In this document: in pieces, positions 28,973 to 38,207 of the stretch
How positions within the stretch are numbered: position 1 is the stretch's first letter
How the letters are laid out: every line of letters starts with the position of its first letter
Sequence record: GU911519.1
Length of the DNA stretch: 64,000 bases
Origin: Acinetobacter phage Acj61
Reading direction: 5' to 3' (one strand)
Position numbers and translations under genes: made by a program
The notes under the pieces: model-generated
Seen by the model: the letters and a program-made list of their open reading frames with translations, nothing else
Told to the model about the DNA's origin: nothing
The model's database searches: none

Positions 28973-29432
28973 ATTGCGTCATTTTGTCGTAGATGTCTTG
29001 AATGAAATTCTCATCGGCTATTGAGGCCATATCAGTATCTCGTGAATCATAAACATTGTTGACAAAGTAGCTATATTTCTTAGCCATCTCTTTACGTTCT
29101 TTCTTGATACGCTGAACAAAGGCATTGAAACAAGCTTGGGTGATATACGCATGTGGATTATTGAATCGGGTCTCATCGAAGTTGATAAGACCTTTAATCG
29201 ACGCTTCAATCCCATCCGATATCATTTCCTCTTTCCAAGACGACGAATATCCTGAAAAGTTGAATCGTTTCGAAAGTCCTTTTGCAATTAAAAGGATTGC
29301 TTTACCGATCGTGTCATTTTGGCGAACAGGTTCACCTGCCTCAGCACATTTCTGTTTCCAATCGCAAATCGCTTGATACAGCTCTTTGTTATTGACATAA
29401 TTGTTCTTCGGCTTAATTGGTTGGTCAGTCAT
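28887..29432 (-). CDS. 55: Late-transcription sigma factor gp55
   Basis: [12 protein letters not shown]...VRQNDTIG...[11 protein letters not shown]...[22 protein letters not shown] is near-identical to T4 gp55. Confidence 0.9.
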   Translation of the reverse strand: MTDQPIKPKNNYVNNKELYQAICDWKQKCAEAGEPVRQNDTIGKAILLIAKGLSKRFNFSGYSSSWKEEMISDGIEASIKGLINFDETRFNNPHAYITQACFNAFVQRIKKERKEMAKKYSYFVNNVYDSRDTDMASIADENFIQDIYDKMTQYEESVKAQPKEQAKADGPNLDFLYGDES

Positions 29433-29492
29433 AGTTAATTACCTCTTGATAAGATAATTATACAACACTTAATCATAAAGCATATGAAATAT

Positions 29493-29900
29493 TTATGTCT
29501 TTGGTAACTTGTCTATCGGTTTGATTTCATCGGCTTTCCAAACTTTACCTTCAACATATGATTTGAACACAAGTTCTTCAGATTCTGACACACGTTTCAA
29601 ATCTCCAGAGATATCTACAGAGACATACACAATTTCACCGTTGCGAACACAGATTTCGCCTAGACGTTGACATTGGTCATTGTAGATCGTCGCAATTAGA
29701 TTTGAATTCGTGCGAGTTTCATATGACAAGATATGAACGTACCCAATAACAGTAGGCTCAACAATGGTTTCTTCAATGAATAACCACTTTTTCTTAGTGA
29801 CTAACTGATTCCATTGTAAGGCGTGAAAGCCTTGATTAAGAGATTGTAGTCGTTTGATTGCACTTAACATATCATACTCCAGTTTGTTTTGATAGTTCAT
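29493..29900 (-). CDS. Hypothetical protein
   Basis: 135 aa. Confidence 0.5.
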   Translation of the reverse strand: MNYQNKLEYDMLSAIKRLQSLNQGFHALQWNQLVTKKKWLFIEETIVEPTVIGYVHILSYETRTNSNLIATIYNDQCQRLGEICVRNGEIVYVSVDISGDLKRVSESEELVFKSYVEGKVWKADEIKPIDKLPKT

Positions 29901-29902
29901 TA

Positions 29903-29945
29903 TACCACAAAAGACAGTTTGAAGTAAACTGCCTTTTTCAATTAA
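29903..29945 (-). promoter_or_regulatory. Terminator-promoter cassette: hairpin with GTTTAC in the loop, followed by TATAAT
   Basis: Minus strand AAAAAGGCAGTTTACTTCAAACTGTCTTTTGTGGTATAATG; a near-identical copy (G-A changed to G-C in the stem) at 36568-36612. Confidence 0.45.
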
Positions 29946-30244
29946 TTTTGTGGTGGGTCAACATCGTATCCCATTTCGTATAACGTTGACTGCAAATTTT
30001 TGATTCGTACTATGTTGTCGTCAATGAATACGACAGGGTACATGATTTGTCGGTTAGGAAACTTTGCTCGTTTGACTAATGAATCTATTAACTCGGTGTT
30101 GTACACAGGGAAGTCATCTTCACCTCGAGTCACCACCTTATGAAATTCAAATTCAATTCCAGCCTCACTGAACAATCGTTTTGCTGCTATGCAGCCTCCA
30201 CATCGAAAATCTGATTCGTCGACTCCATAAATCTCAGCTTTCAT
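29942..30244 (-). CDS. Glutaredoxin-like protein
   Basis: CGGC redox motif near the N-terminus; 100 aa. Confidence 0.55.
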   Translation of the reverse strand: MKAEIYGVDESDFRCGGCIAAKRLFSEAGIEFEFHKVVTRGEDDFPVYNTELIDSLVKRAKFPNRQIMYPVVFIDDNIVRIKNLQSTLYEMGYDVDPPQN

Positions 30245-30729
30245 TTCGCACCCTTCAAAAATAATTTGAGCCCTTTCTTAAAGATTGGAACTCGTTTGAC
30301 CTTAGTCGTTTTAGGTGGAAATTCGACATTGTATTTTGCAGCCATGTCGTCCATACCTTTAACATCAAGTCGAGAAAATAATTTAGACAAATCATTGACA
30401 AATTGAGGATGGATGTTGTGTTCTGAAAGGTCTTTGCGATAATATTCTGCTAATGTTTCTAACCAATCAGCAATATCGACTCCTTTCGTCTTTAATCCAG
30501 ACGTGTCAAATTTGTGTTTGATTTGTCCTTCTAATGAATTGCAGTACAAACAGAGAAGAGCTCGAACTTTACCGGCGTTAGGACCTTCTAGCGTGTGGTC
30601 ATGATCTAAATGATTTGAGGCGATGTCTTCGTTTAGTTCTCTTCCACAAATCGGACATAATCCATTCTGTTCTTGATACAAGCGTTCTTTCTCTGCAACA
30701 TAGAGCTTTCCAATAAGTAGAATATTCAT
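30241..30729 (-). CDS. 49: Endonuclease VII (Holliday-junction resolvase) gp49
   Basis: LIGKLYVAEKERLYQEQNGLCPICGREL...HLDHDH...GKVRALLC..CN..EGQIKHKF matches T4 endo VII. Confidence 0.85.
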   Translation of the reverse strand: MNILLIGKLYVAEKERLYQEQNGLCPICGRELNEDIASNHLDHDHTLEGPNAGKVRALLCLYCNSLEGQIKHKFDTSGLKTKGVDIADWLETLAEYYRKDLSEHNIHPQFVNDLSKLFSRLDVKGMDDMAAKYNVEFPPKTTKVKRVPIFKKGLKLFLKGAK

Positions 30730-30759
30730 ACAATCCTCCGTAGATGATTGTATTTATTG

Positions 30760-31044
30760 TCAGATTTCCACTAATCGGATTGAATCATTCTTGTCGAATA
30801 AGCACCAATATTCTTCAAGAGCTTCAAAATTGTTGACATCAAAAATTTCTTGAGTTTCGATATCTTTGATCGATACGATTCCCCATTCATCTGGATGTCC
30901 ATCAAGCGTGTCTACTTCTAAAATCTCATAGACTTTGCCTGGGGTCAGGTTAGGCATAGACTGAACGAAAAATTGATTAGGTTCCATCCATGCTTTGTTG
31001 ATGATTAGATGTTGACCAACATCTGGTTTTATACGAATAGGCAT
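30760..31044 (-). CDS. Hypothetical protein
   Basis: 94 aa. Confidence 0.45.
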   Translation of the reverse strand: MPIRIKPDVGQHLIINKAWMEPNQFFVQSMPNLTPGKVYEILEVDTLDGHPDEWGIVSIKDIETQEIFDVNNFEALEEYWCLFDKNDSIRLVEI

Positions 31045-31394
31045 TATTTCTCCACAAATTCAAATTCGGCTGTTACGTCAGTGTAGACGAAGCACCAGTA
31101 ATCATGAGCAGGACGCTGATCTTCAGGTAATCGACCTAGTTCAGCAATATCAAAGAAGGCACCAGTTGCAGTGTCACGAAGTTTTGTGATACCAAAATCG
31201 TTTTCGTCTTCCGTTAAATATTCGGTTCCGACGATTTCATATGTCGCATCAGCACTTAGTTCCGGGAATAGCTTAACTAGCCCATCAACTTCGTTTTCAA
31301 AAAATGCTTCAGTTAAAGTAATAAACTTAGACGGCATAATAGGCTCCAAAAGGGACCGAAGTCCCAATTTAATCGATTGATAATTAGAACTCAA
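31044..31394 (-). CDS. Hypothetical protein (paralog of 31384-31713)
   Basis: 116 aa; C-terminus ...EFEFVEK. Confidence 0.45.
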   Translation of the reverse strand: MSSNYQSIKLGLRSLLEPIMPSKFITLTEAFFENEVDGLVKLFPELSADATYEIVGTEYLTEDENDFGITKLRDTATGAFFDIAELGRLPEDQRPAHDYWCFVYTDVTAEFEFVEK

Positions 31395-31713
31395 CTATTT
31401 CAAATCGTTCTGCACTAAATTCTGAAAAGAATGCCCAGAAGTCATCCTTTTCATCGAGATACACATCATCAATATCGATGACTTTACCAGTTTTAGCGTG
31501 ACGAAGCTGAGTAGCTCCAATTGTTAATTCAAGAATTTCAGTGTGTTCGTCTTCAGCCATTGAATCACGAGTTTTAATAACAAAGAACTCGTCAGAAGTT
31601 CCGAGTAAAGGTTCATTTTTAACTAACTTGCGCATGTCTTTTCGGAAAGTTTCAGTTAAAGTAACAAGAGTGCCTGTACGAAATTTTACTGGGTTAAGAG
31701 CTGAAGTAGTCAT
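31384..31713 (-). CDS. Hypothetical protein (paralog of 31044-31394)
   Basis: 109 aa; C-terminus ...ERFEIVEF. Confidence 0.45.
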   Translation of the reverse strand: MTTSALNPVKFRTGTLVTLTETFRKDMRKLVKNEPLLGTSDEFFVIKTRDSMAEDEHTEILELTIGATQLRHAKTGKVIDIDDVYLDEKDDFWAFFSEFSAERFEIVEF

Positions 31714-31762
31714 AATATCTCCAAATGTTTGGGTTCAATTCGTTAAAAGTATATTGTAAACC

Positions 31763-32044
31763 TTATTTCGATTTAGCAATATGGGTTCGTAATTCGTTAA
31801 AGCCACCAATGTGTTTTTCATCTTCAAATACAACTGGCAAACTGAGACCTACAATCGAGGTACGTCTAAGTTTTTGAAGCAAATCTGCAATGATCTCATC
31901 ATTAAAGACCGGGCCTTCTTCATTTTTTGAATCGGCTAAAGACACAAATTCAAATTCACGTTTCTTTGCAGTACAGAGACGTTTTGCTCCATCACAATTG
32001 ATGCATTTTTGAATTTCGGGTAAGAAGCCGTAGATCGTAATCAT
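31763..32044 (-). CDS. nrdC: Phage thioredoxin/glutaredoxin NrdC
   Basis: IYGF..IQKCINCDGAKRL...EFEF...GLSLPVVFEDEKHIGGFNELR matches T4 NrdC. Confidence 0.75.
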   Translation of the reverse strand: MITIYGFLPEIQKCINCDGAKRLCTAKKREFEFVSLADSKNEEGPVFNDEIIADLLQKLRRTSIVGLSLPVVFEDEKHIGGFNELRTHIAKSK

Positions 32045-32086
32045 GGTTGAAAATTTCCTTAGTTTGTTGATGTCATAATATCATAT

Positions 32087-32893
32087 TTATGATTTAGCAT
32101 CAAGGAGTGAACCACCCATTAATGCGAAAATTCGTTTGTTGAGTTCAGGCAACGGATGTACTCGATTTGTATCGACCGACTTAGGATTCACATTTAGCTG
32201 TACACATGCTTCTTGGAATGATTCAAATCGATTGCCGTAATCTTCACGTAAGAAGTTTTCACGTTCTGTGTACTCATGCCAAGTCCCTGTGCAACGACCG
32301 GTATCACCTTTGTGAGCTGTTGAACGATCGTACTTGTAATAGTGTTTAAATGGATACGCTTCGAAATCTGGCCCTAATGTGAAAACTGCTTCATAACCTT
32401 TTGTGAATGTACGTCCAAGTACTTGACGATACTCTCCACCTTGAGTAAGGTACATCTCACCGATTTGATATGTGAAAGGTGAAACGTATAACTCTTTCGT
32501 TAAATTGCCATTAGCGAATTGAATGATAATTTCTTCGATAAGTTTGTATGAACGCATCGTTAGTGCACCTTCACCGAATACTACATGATGTCCAGTGTTG
32601 TAATTCTTAGCGAATTCTTGTGCAAGCTGAATGATGTCAGTATCATATGCACCTGTGTTGATCATACGCTGTAATTCGCTATAGATGTCTTCGATACATT
32701 CATACGTGTAAAGAGGTTCTATGTCATGAGTTTCAAGAAGCTCTTGAGGGTTGTAGATTGGCTCGCCATAGTAATCATTTACTAAGCGTGCTTCATCTTC
32801 AGATACCATGATGATATGCTTGGCAATTCGGATTCTACGTGAACCATCAAATTTAGGACGTAAAACATATTCGCGGTTGATTAAAAGTTCCAT
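32087..32893 (-). CDS. Hypothetical protein
   Basis: 268-aa ORF. Confidence 0.5.
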   Translation of the reverse strand: MELLINREYVLRPKFDGSRRIRIAKHIIMVSEDEARLVNDYYGEPIYNPQELLETHDIEPLYTYECIEDIYSELQRMINTGAYDTDIIQLAQEFAKNYNTGHHVVFGEGALTMRSYKLIEEIIIQFANGNLTKELYVSPFTYQIGEMYLTQGGEYRQVLGRTFTKGYEAVFTLGPDFEAYPFKHYYKYDRSTAHKGDTGRCTGTWHEYTERENFLREDYGNRFESFQEACVQLNVNPKSVDTNRVHPLPELNKRIFALMGGSLLDAKS

Positions 32894-32920
32894 GTGAATT
32901 TCCTCATTTCAAGTTAAGTT

Positions 32921-33147
32921 TAAGCATCTTTACGAGCAGTACCAGATTTACCAAAACGATCAACGTATGCATCAGTGATTACGTTAGCCCATTTAATTGC
33001 GGTTGATGTTGATTTGCAATCTTGGCACTAGCTACAGCGCAAGCAACTCGAGTCTAGACTTCACGTTCAGCCAACTCAAATTCAATGCTGACGTTGTGAT
33101 TAGTGGTTTTAGGTGAAACGTTATCAAAAATATTATCAGCGTTCATG
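32921..33147 (-). pseudogene. Disrupted small gene: a 30-codon N-terminal ORF and a separate C-terminal reading frame, separated by a segment carrying TAG in all three frames
   Basis: ATG at 33147 gives MNADNIFDNVSPKTTNHNVSIEFELAEREV then stop. The downstream frame ...CQDCKSTSTAIKWANVITDAYVDRFGKSGTARKDA ends at 32921. Minus-strand 30-mer CTAGACTCGAGTTGCTTGCGCTGTAGCTAG (plus coordinates 33028-33057) carries TAG in three frames, with adjacent palindromes ACTCGAGT (XhoI) and AGTCTAGACT (XbaI). Confidence 0.4.
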
Positions 33148-33173
33148 TCATTTCCTTTTAAATGGATGTTTGA

Positions 33174-33215
33174 TTTGATAGGACCATTATACCATGAATC
33201 CTATCAAAAGTAAAC
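33174..33215 (-). promoter_or_regulatory. PeSL-like early promoter cassette (exact copy of 3486-3527)
   Basis: 42-nt identity with the 3486-3527 copy. Confidence 0.55.
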
Positions 33216-33454
33216 TACTTTTTGCAATAATGATCAATTAATTCATTACAAAGTTCGTGGCTAATATCGATCTTGTAACACTCATAGATCGTTGAGGGCA
33301 GATAACTGTTATGTTCAGTGTAACCATGAGATACGATGAATCTCTTAATGTTATCCTTTAACTTTTTAGGTGCTCTACGAAAATATTCATCTATAGAGCA
33401 CTTGTACGTACGTTTCTCCCAGCGATTTCGGCATTGACGTTCTGAAAGGTTCAT
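33215..33454 (-). CDS. Small Cys-rich hypothetical protein
   Basis: 79 aa. Confidence 0.45.
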   Translation of the reverse strand: MNLSERQCRNRWEKRTYKCSIDEYFRRAPKKLKDNIKRFIVSHGYTEHNSYLPSTIYECYKIDISHELCNELIDHYCKK

Positions 33455-34443
33455 AGCATCATGATCTCCAATGCTTTGTTAAGAGTTTTGATGTCTGACT
33501 CAGTCCAAACGACTTGCTTGTCTAGTTCAGCCTGACGCTTTTTGATAGTTTCGAGTTCGGCATTCATAGCCTTAAGAGCATCATGACGAGATTCAAGTTT
33601 ATCTTTTATCGCATCAACAGCTACGTTAGCACCATGATTGAGCTCTAATGGACTCTTCATAAATTCACCTTTCTTTAAAACTACGACAAGGCAAGATGTG
33701 TCAACTTCAACACTTCGGACTATGTGCATCATTCGGAACATCTTGGCTAATGAATTGAGAATGCTTTTATACAATTCAGCTTCTTTAGGGCCAAGGCCTA
33801 CTGGTTGACCGGGCTTTTTCGTCAATTTGATACGAAGTACATCGCCGTGAGTACTTGCAGAATAATGTTCTGAATAGACAACAAAGCCCATGTATTCACA
33901 ACCGATATTTCCGCCACCTACATTGATTTTTTGTAGCTTTTGATTTGATCGATTATCTCGTTTAGCAAAACGTCCTTCGATGCCTAATAAATGAGGCCAT
34001 TGGCTACGTAATAATTTTAGTACTGCGTTTGAGCGATGCTGACTTGCATACACGAAATCAGTTGTAGCGCCTTTGATCAAAATCTGGTCGATGCCTTCTT
34101 TGTTTTTAAAGTGAGACATTGATCCGAACTGTTTGAGACGTTGACCAATCAGATATTGCTGCGCAACACGGGACTTCATAATTCGACGAGAAATTCGTTT
34201 GATATCGAATTCTTTAACTAGTGCAACGTCACCTCGAATCAAACTTTCTAAGTCAGCTTCATATTGATCAGAGAATCGATTTGAGATTCCAAATACAATA
34301 GAACGAATTAATGATTCACGATCAGGTATCACAGACAAATCATTTCGTGCAACGATATTTGCTACGCCTTGACGTTGACATTCACCTTCGAATGCTGTTT
34401 CGATAGTTCCAAGAACTAATTGTAAAAATTGAGTTTTATTCAT
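33451..34443 (-). CDS. Hypothetical protein with C-terminal coiled coil
   Basis: 330 aa; C-terminus ...LKAMNAELETIKKRQAELDKQ. Confidence 0.5.
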   Translation of the reverse strand: MNKTQFLQLVLGTIETAFEGECQRQGVANIVARNDLSVIPDRESLIRSIVFGISNRFSDQYEADLESLIRGDVALVKEFDIKRISRRIMKSRVAQQYLIGQRLKQFGSMSHFKNKEGIDQILIKGATTDFVYASQHRSNAVLKLLRSQWPHLLGIEGRFAKRDNRSNQKLQKINVGGGNIGCEYMGFVVYSEHYSASTHGDVLRIKLTKKPGQPVGLGPKEAELYKSILNSLAKMFRMMHIVRSVEVDTSCLVVVLKKGEFMKSPLELNHGANVAVDAIKDKLESRHDALKAMNAELETIKKRQAELDKQVVWTESDIKTLNKALEIMML

Positions 34444-34556
34444 CTCATGACTCCTCAGTCTATCTGTCCAGTAAATAATAAATTAGTAGTTGTATTGACC
34501 TGAAGGTATTGTATCATACATCCTCCAGGTAGCAATTAGTGGTTTAGATCAAATGA

Positions 34557-35471
34557 TCATTTTTTGTTCAAGCGAGCTTCCGAAACTACAAGAGCTTTAG
34601 CGAGAATATTGATGTCATTATTAAGCTCAAAGATTTCTCTTTCGAGAGCATCTTGTTTAGCCTTTAATGCTTTACGTTCTTCAGTCTTAGCCAATGACTC
34701 TTCACGAAGTTTATCAATAAGGTCTTGCAAAGGCAATTTAGGTGCTATAGGCCTGTTCATTTCACTATCAAGAATTTTATAATTGAATGAAATCCACGTT
34801 TCTCCGTGACCTTTTATTTGCATTGATTTAAATTTCAATTTTGTCATCTTGAGATAGGTTTTGATATCGTCAACTAATTCATTCGCTGGTACAGTTCGAT
34901 TGTGGCCTCGAATATTAACACCAATCTCTTTTGTGTTAGGCTGCAACACAAAGCTGAACTGTACACCTGAATTGCTAATATACTCATTTGGCTTGTACTG
35001 TTCTACACCATGATATGACTTATTACGACCTTTCAAACGGAGATATGCTTTAAAGCCTTGAGTAAATTCTCGTTTGAAAATTTCAAAGAATTGTGGGCTG
35101 ATGTAACCTTGCTCAAGGCGATACATTCCACGAAGTCCTTGGATGTAATAACGATCGCCATAACGATACATGTCAAACTGAGCATTGAGTGCTTTAGTAC
35201 TTGCGAGAACATTAGCAAACTTGTACTTTTTGATTTCTTGCATGATAGCAGGAACATCATAGTTGTACGGAGTCAAGTTAGGCACATATAATTTCTTGAC
35301 AACGTTATCTGCTAAGTGATGATTGAAGTCAAGAAGATTTGTACCATCAATAGCACGTTCAAGAATAAAGCGGATTTCTTGTTTGATGCCTTTGGTATCT
35401 CGACCAGCAAGATTGCCAATAAGACCTTCAAGTTCAGTTTTTACAAATTCGTTAATATCTTTTATAGTCAT
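34557..35471 (-). CDS. Hypothetical protein with C-terminal coiled coil
   Basis: 304 aa; C-terminus ...KTEERKALKAKQDALEREIFELNN. Confidence 0.5.
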   Translation of the reverse strand: MTIKDINEFVKTELEGLIGNLAGRDTKGIKQEIRFILERAIDGTNLLDFNHHLADNVVKKLYVPNLTPYNYDVPAIMQEIKKYKFANVLASTKALNAQFDMYRYGDRYYIQGLRGMYRLEQGYISPQFFEIFKREFTQGFKAYLRLKGRNKSYHGVEQYKPNEYISNSGVQFSFVLQPNTKEIGVNIRGHNRTVPANELVDDIKTYLKMTKLKFKSMQIKGHGETWISFNYKILDSEMNRPIAPKLPLQDLIDKLREESLAKTEERKALKAKQDALEREIFELNNDINILAKALVVSEARLNKK

Positions 35472-35545
35472 GATAATTTATCCATGTTAAGATGATAGTT
35501 CAATTATACACCAAAAAGGGAACCGTGTAAACAGTTCCCTTAAAA

Positions 35546-35986
35546 TTATTTACTCAATGTACGTTTGGCATTGATTTCGAATACTACTGCAGCAGGTGTG
35601 TAGTTAGGACCTGGGCCATCATATTCTTTTTCAAACGACATCTCCATTTGAGTCATGTCTTTGTGTTTGTACATAACTTCATAGAGTTTGCGAAGCTTGT
35701 TAACGTTGCCATTTGGAGCCTTGTAACGATAAGTCCAACAGTCGTCAAACGGGCGTTTATCGATTTGCTCAGCAATGTTCTTTTCTGCGAATTCGAAAAT
35801 CTTTTCAATTTCTTCAATACCAGATTCTTCGTTTTGGCGTCGTGTAATGAGTTCTTTAAAATTAAGCAAGAGAATGTACTCCTTTAGAGATTGCGTATGA
35901 GATTCGTGGCATCGCGAGTCCGGTGCCATAATTGAATGTGATGCCATCAACAGTTCGTTGTCCGTAAGACCCGATTTCGACACCAT
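35546..35986 (-). CDS. Hypothetical protein (start uncertain; overlaps the upstream gene)
   Basis: 146-aa ORF; 125-nt overlap with 35862-36449 suggests a later start. Confidence 0.35.
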   Translation of the reverse strand: MVSKSGLTDNELLMASHSIMAPDSRCHESHTQSLKEYILLLNFKELITRRQNEESGIEEIEKIFEFAEKNIAEQIDKRPFDDCWTYRYKAPNGNVNKLRKLYEVMYKHKDMTQMEMSFEKEYDGPGPNYTPAAVVFEINAKRTLSK

Positions 35987-36449
35987 TTAATTCAATGTCA
36001 ACTTCATGATCTTTTTCTTGAACAACTTCCAATTTGTCGCCAGATGGACGATATTTGTGAAAGAAGTCCCATGCGTCAAATTGAGGATTTCGATCAAAAC
36101 TAATCAATTCGAGCTTTAAGAAGATTTCAAAATGAGAATCATCAATGACTTCTTCATTGCGTTGGCAAGGAGTCAGAGCCATGAATGAACCATGTTGACT
36201 CATAGGACGTCCATTCTTTTCGTACTCTTTAATGAGTTGAATGAAACTTTGTTCAGCACTGCCTACATAGAACTTGCCTTTGCGATGATGCCTAGCGAAT
36301 CGATCTGTTGGCATCGTTACTTTGATTGCTTCCCAATCTACACACATTGGTACTGTGATCATTTTGTAACCACGAGATGCATAGAATTCTAGCGCATGGT
36401 ACAGCATAGGTAAATTGATTTCGAAACGTGAGTCCATATTATACTCCAA
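35862..36449 (-). CDS. Hypothetical protein
   Basis: 195 aa. Confidence 0.5.
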   Translation of the reverse strand: MEYNMDSRFEINLPMLYHALEFYASRGYKMITVPMCVDWEAIKVTMPTDRFARHHRKGKFYVGSAEQSFIQLIKEYEKNGRPMSQHGSFMALTPCQRNEEVIDDSHFEIFLKLELISFDRNPQFDAWDFFHKYRPSGDKLEVVQEKDHEVDIELNGVEIGSYGQRTVDGITFNYGTGLAMPRISYAISKGVHSLA

Positions 36450-36567
36450 AACGGGTTTTGATAAATTCTTCTACAAGCTTGTAAGGTCTTAGAACTCCTG
36501 ATTTCTTAATTGCTGTTATGTGATAACCACTCATACTGATTTCCTCGTTGGGTTATTTGATAAGATC

Positions 36568-36612
36568 ATTATACCACAAAAGGCAGTTTGAAGTAAACTG
36601 CCTTTTTAAATT
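36568..36612 (-). promoter_or_regulatory. Terminator-promoter cassette (copy of 29903-29945)
   Basis: Same about 40-nt sequence. Confidence 0.45.
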
Positions 36613-36629
36613 ATTTTCAATGTGTGACG

Positions 36630-37106
36630 TTATGATCCGAACAACACTGTACGTTCTGTTGCAGGGCAATACGATATACTAACAATCGAATGAATACCAA
36701 ACTCTCCGTATGGGAGAAATTCTTGTACGTATTCTCTGAGAATTTCGAATGCAGCCTCATAATACTCTTCAGGATTATCCGCATCTTCGTCTTCATCAAG
36801 TAGTGTGATGTCAATATTGTACAATTCTTGAGCAAGCATTCGAATCGTTTCGCGAACTGGCAGGTCAGTGCAATCATATTCAAATTGTGCCCAGTTGTGA
36901 CGAGTTTCACGAGGCATCTTCAACACTTTAGCAAGTGCTTCGATAAATTCGAGTTCTGTGTAGTCCTGAATGGTTTGATACACAGTGCCATTACTGGCAG
37001 TCAGTGCTGGCAATTCCATTGTGTCGACATCATTAATTGTATTTGTTGCTGTGATATAATCTGCATCATTTGTATCGCCAACGATAGTTAAGATGAATTG
37101 AGTCAT
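36630..37106 (-). CDS. Acidic hypothetical protein
   Basis: 158 aa. Confidence 0.5.
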   Translation of the reverse strand: MTQFILTIVGDTNDADYITATNTINDVDTMELPALTASNGTVYQTIQDYTELEFIEALAKVLKMPRETRHNWAQFEYDCTDLPVRETIRMLAQELYNIDITLLDEDEDADNPEEYYEAAFEILREYVQEFLPYGEFGIHSIVSISYCPATERTVLFGS

Positions 37107-37115
37107 GATTAGCTC

Positions 37116-37340
37116 CTAAATTACTTTGTATTCGATTATGAATTTGAATCCAGAGATTGTTACTTTCATCTCTGCTACTTGTACATTATTAACCATCCAT
37201 TTGATAAGCATATTAGGATGGCACTCTTTTACAATGTCGTTTGGATAGCCATAAATTGACAACAAACGACGACAAATGTTATTCTCAGTTTCATAGAGCA
37301 GTTTGTGATACTCATCGAGAATTGAACCGACGTTAACCAT
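37116..37340 (-). CDS. Small hypothetical protein
   Basis: 74 aa. Confidence 0.4.
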   Translation of the reverse strand: MVNVGSILDEYHKLLYETENNICRRLLSIYGYPNDIVKECHPNMLIKWMVNNVQVAEMKVTISGFKFIIEYKVI

Positions 37341-37878
37341 GCCATTCTCCTAAATATTTTCGAGTTTCGGATTTTAGCCATACACAATTGTTGACTACGA
37401 CAAATTTTCGTAAACGCTTGTTGCTGTTCCACCACCAATAATCTGGATTCTGCAAATCTCGGATCATGTAACCAGCAGCGTTTCGATATGTTGCATAGTG
37501 CTTGTACTTTGGATTCGCTTTAATCTTTTTGATGATCTCATCTACCATTGCACATGGCTTGACCATCGATGCAACGATTCGATCAATGTTGTTCATTTCA
37601 ACTTTGAATCCATGCCAATGAGCAAATCGTCGACGTTCATAAGGACACATACCCCACTTCTGTTTTCGGTCATAGTGCATGTAAGTATTAGTACCTGTCA
37701 TAAACTTTTCGAGTTTACCAGATGGAATACCTGAAGTGTCAACATTAAAATCGCATCCCAGTTGCCAATCAAAGTGGTAGTCCCATGGCAAAGGCTCCGG
37801 TTCATATTCGAAATCCAATGTAAAGGGATCATAATCGTCGAATAGTGGATTTGGGAATTCATTAAACTTTCTTTGCAT
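37333..37878 (-). CDS. Trp/Tyr-rich hypothetical protein
   Basis: 181 aa. Confidence 0.5.
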   Translation of the reverse strand: MQRKFNEFPNPLFDDYDPFTLDFEYEPEPLPWDYHFDWQLGCDFNVDTSGIPSGKLEKFMTGTNTYMHYDRKQKWGMCPYERRRFAHWHGFKVEMNNIDRIVASMVKPCAMVDEIIKKIKANPKYKHYATYRNAAGYMIRDLQNPDYWWWNSNKRLRKFVVVNNCVWLKSETRKYLGEWHG

Positions 37879-37892
37879 GTTGTGCTCCTGGA

Positions 37893-38153
37893 TTAAAGGA
37901 CCTTGTAGTTCTTTTTGATGATTGTGTTACCTTTAACGATTTTCTCAGGTCGATTCAGCCATTTGTAGATGTGAGGCTTAGTACCGAATGTGCCATTCAA
38001 AATATCAGTGATCATAATCGACTTGACGATGTTATGCAAACTTTCAACTTCAACGATATGTTTTGAAGTTCCATTTTCGATGAATTCCCAAGTTCTTGAG
38101 GATGTTCTAAAGTCTGGTGAATAAACTACTTTACTTACAATTGCGATTTTCAT
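37893..38153 (-). CDS. Small hypothetical protein
   Basis: 86 aa. Confidence 0.4.
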   Translation of the reverse strand: MKIAIVSKVVYSPDFRTSSRTWEFIENGTSKHIVEVESLHNIVKSIMITDILNGTFGTKPHIYKWLNRPEKIVKGNTIIKKNYKVL

Positions 38154-38207
38154 ATTTTTTCCTCAATGATATAAGGTTCTGATCGAATGACCAGAACCTA
38201 GATTTAA

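Noticed and set aside
36617-36910. 97-aa ORF overlapping 36630-37106
   Set aside because: It is almost entirely contained in the longer, better-supported ORF in another frame.
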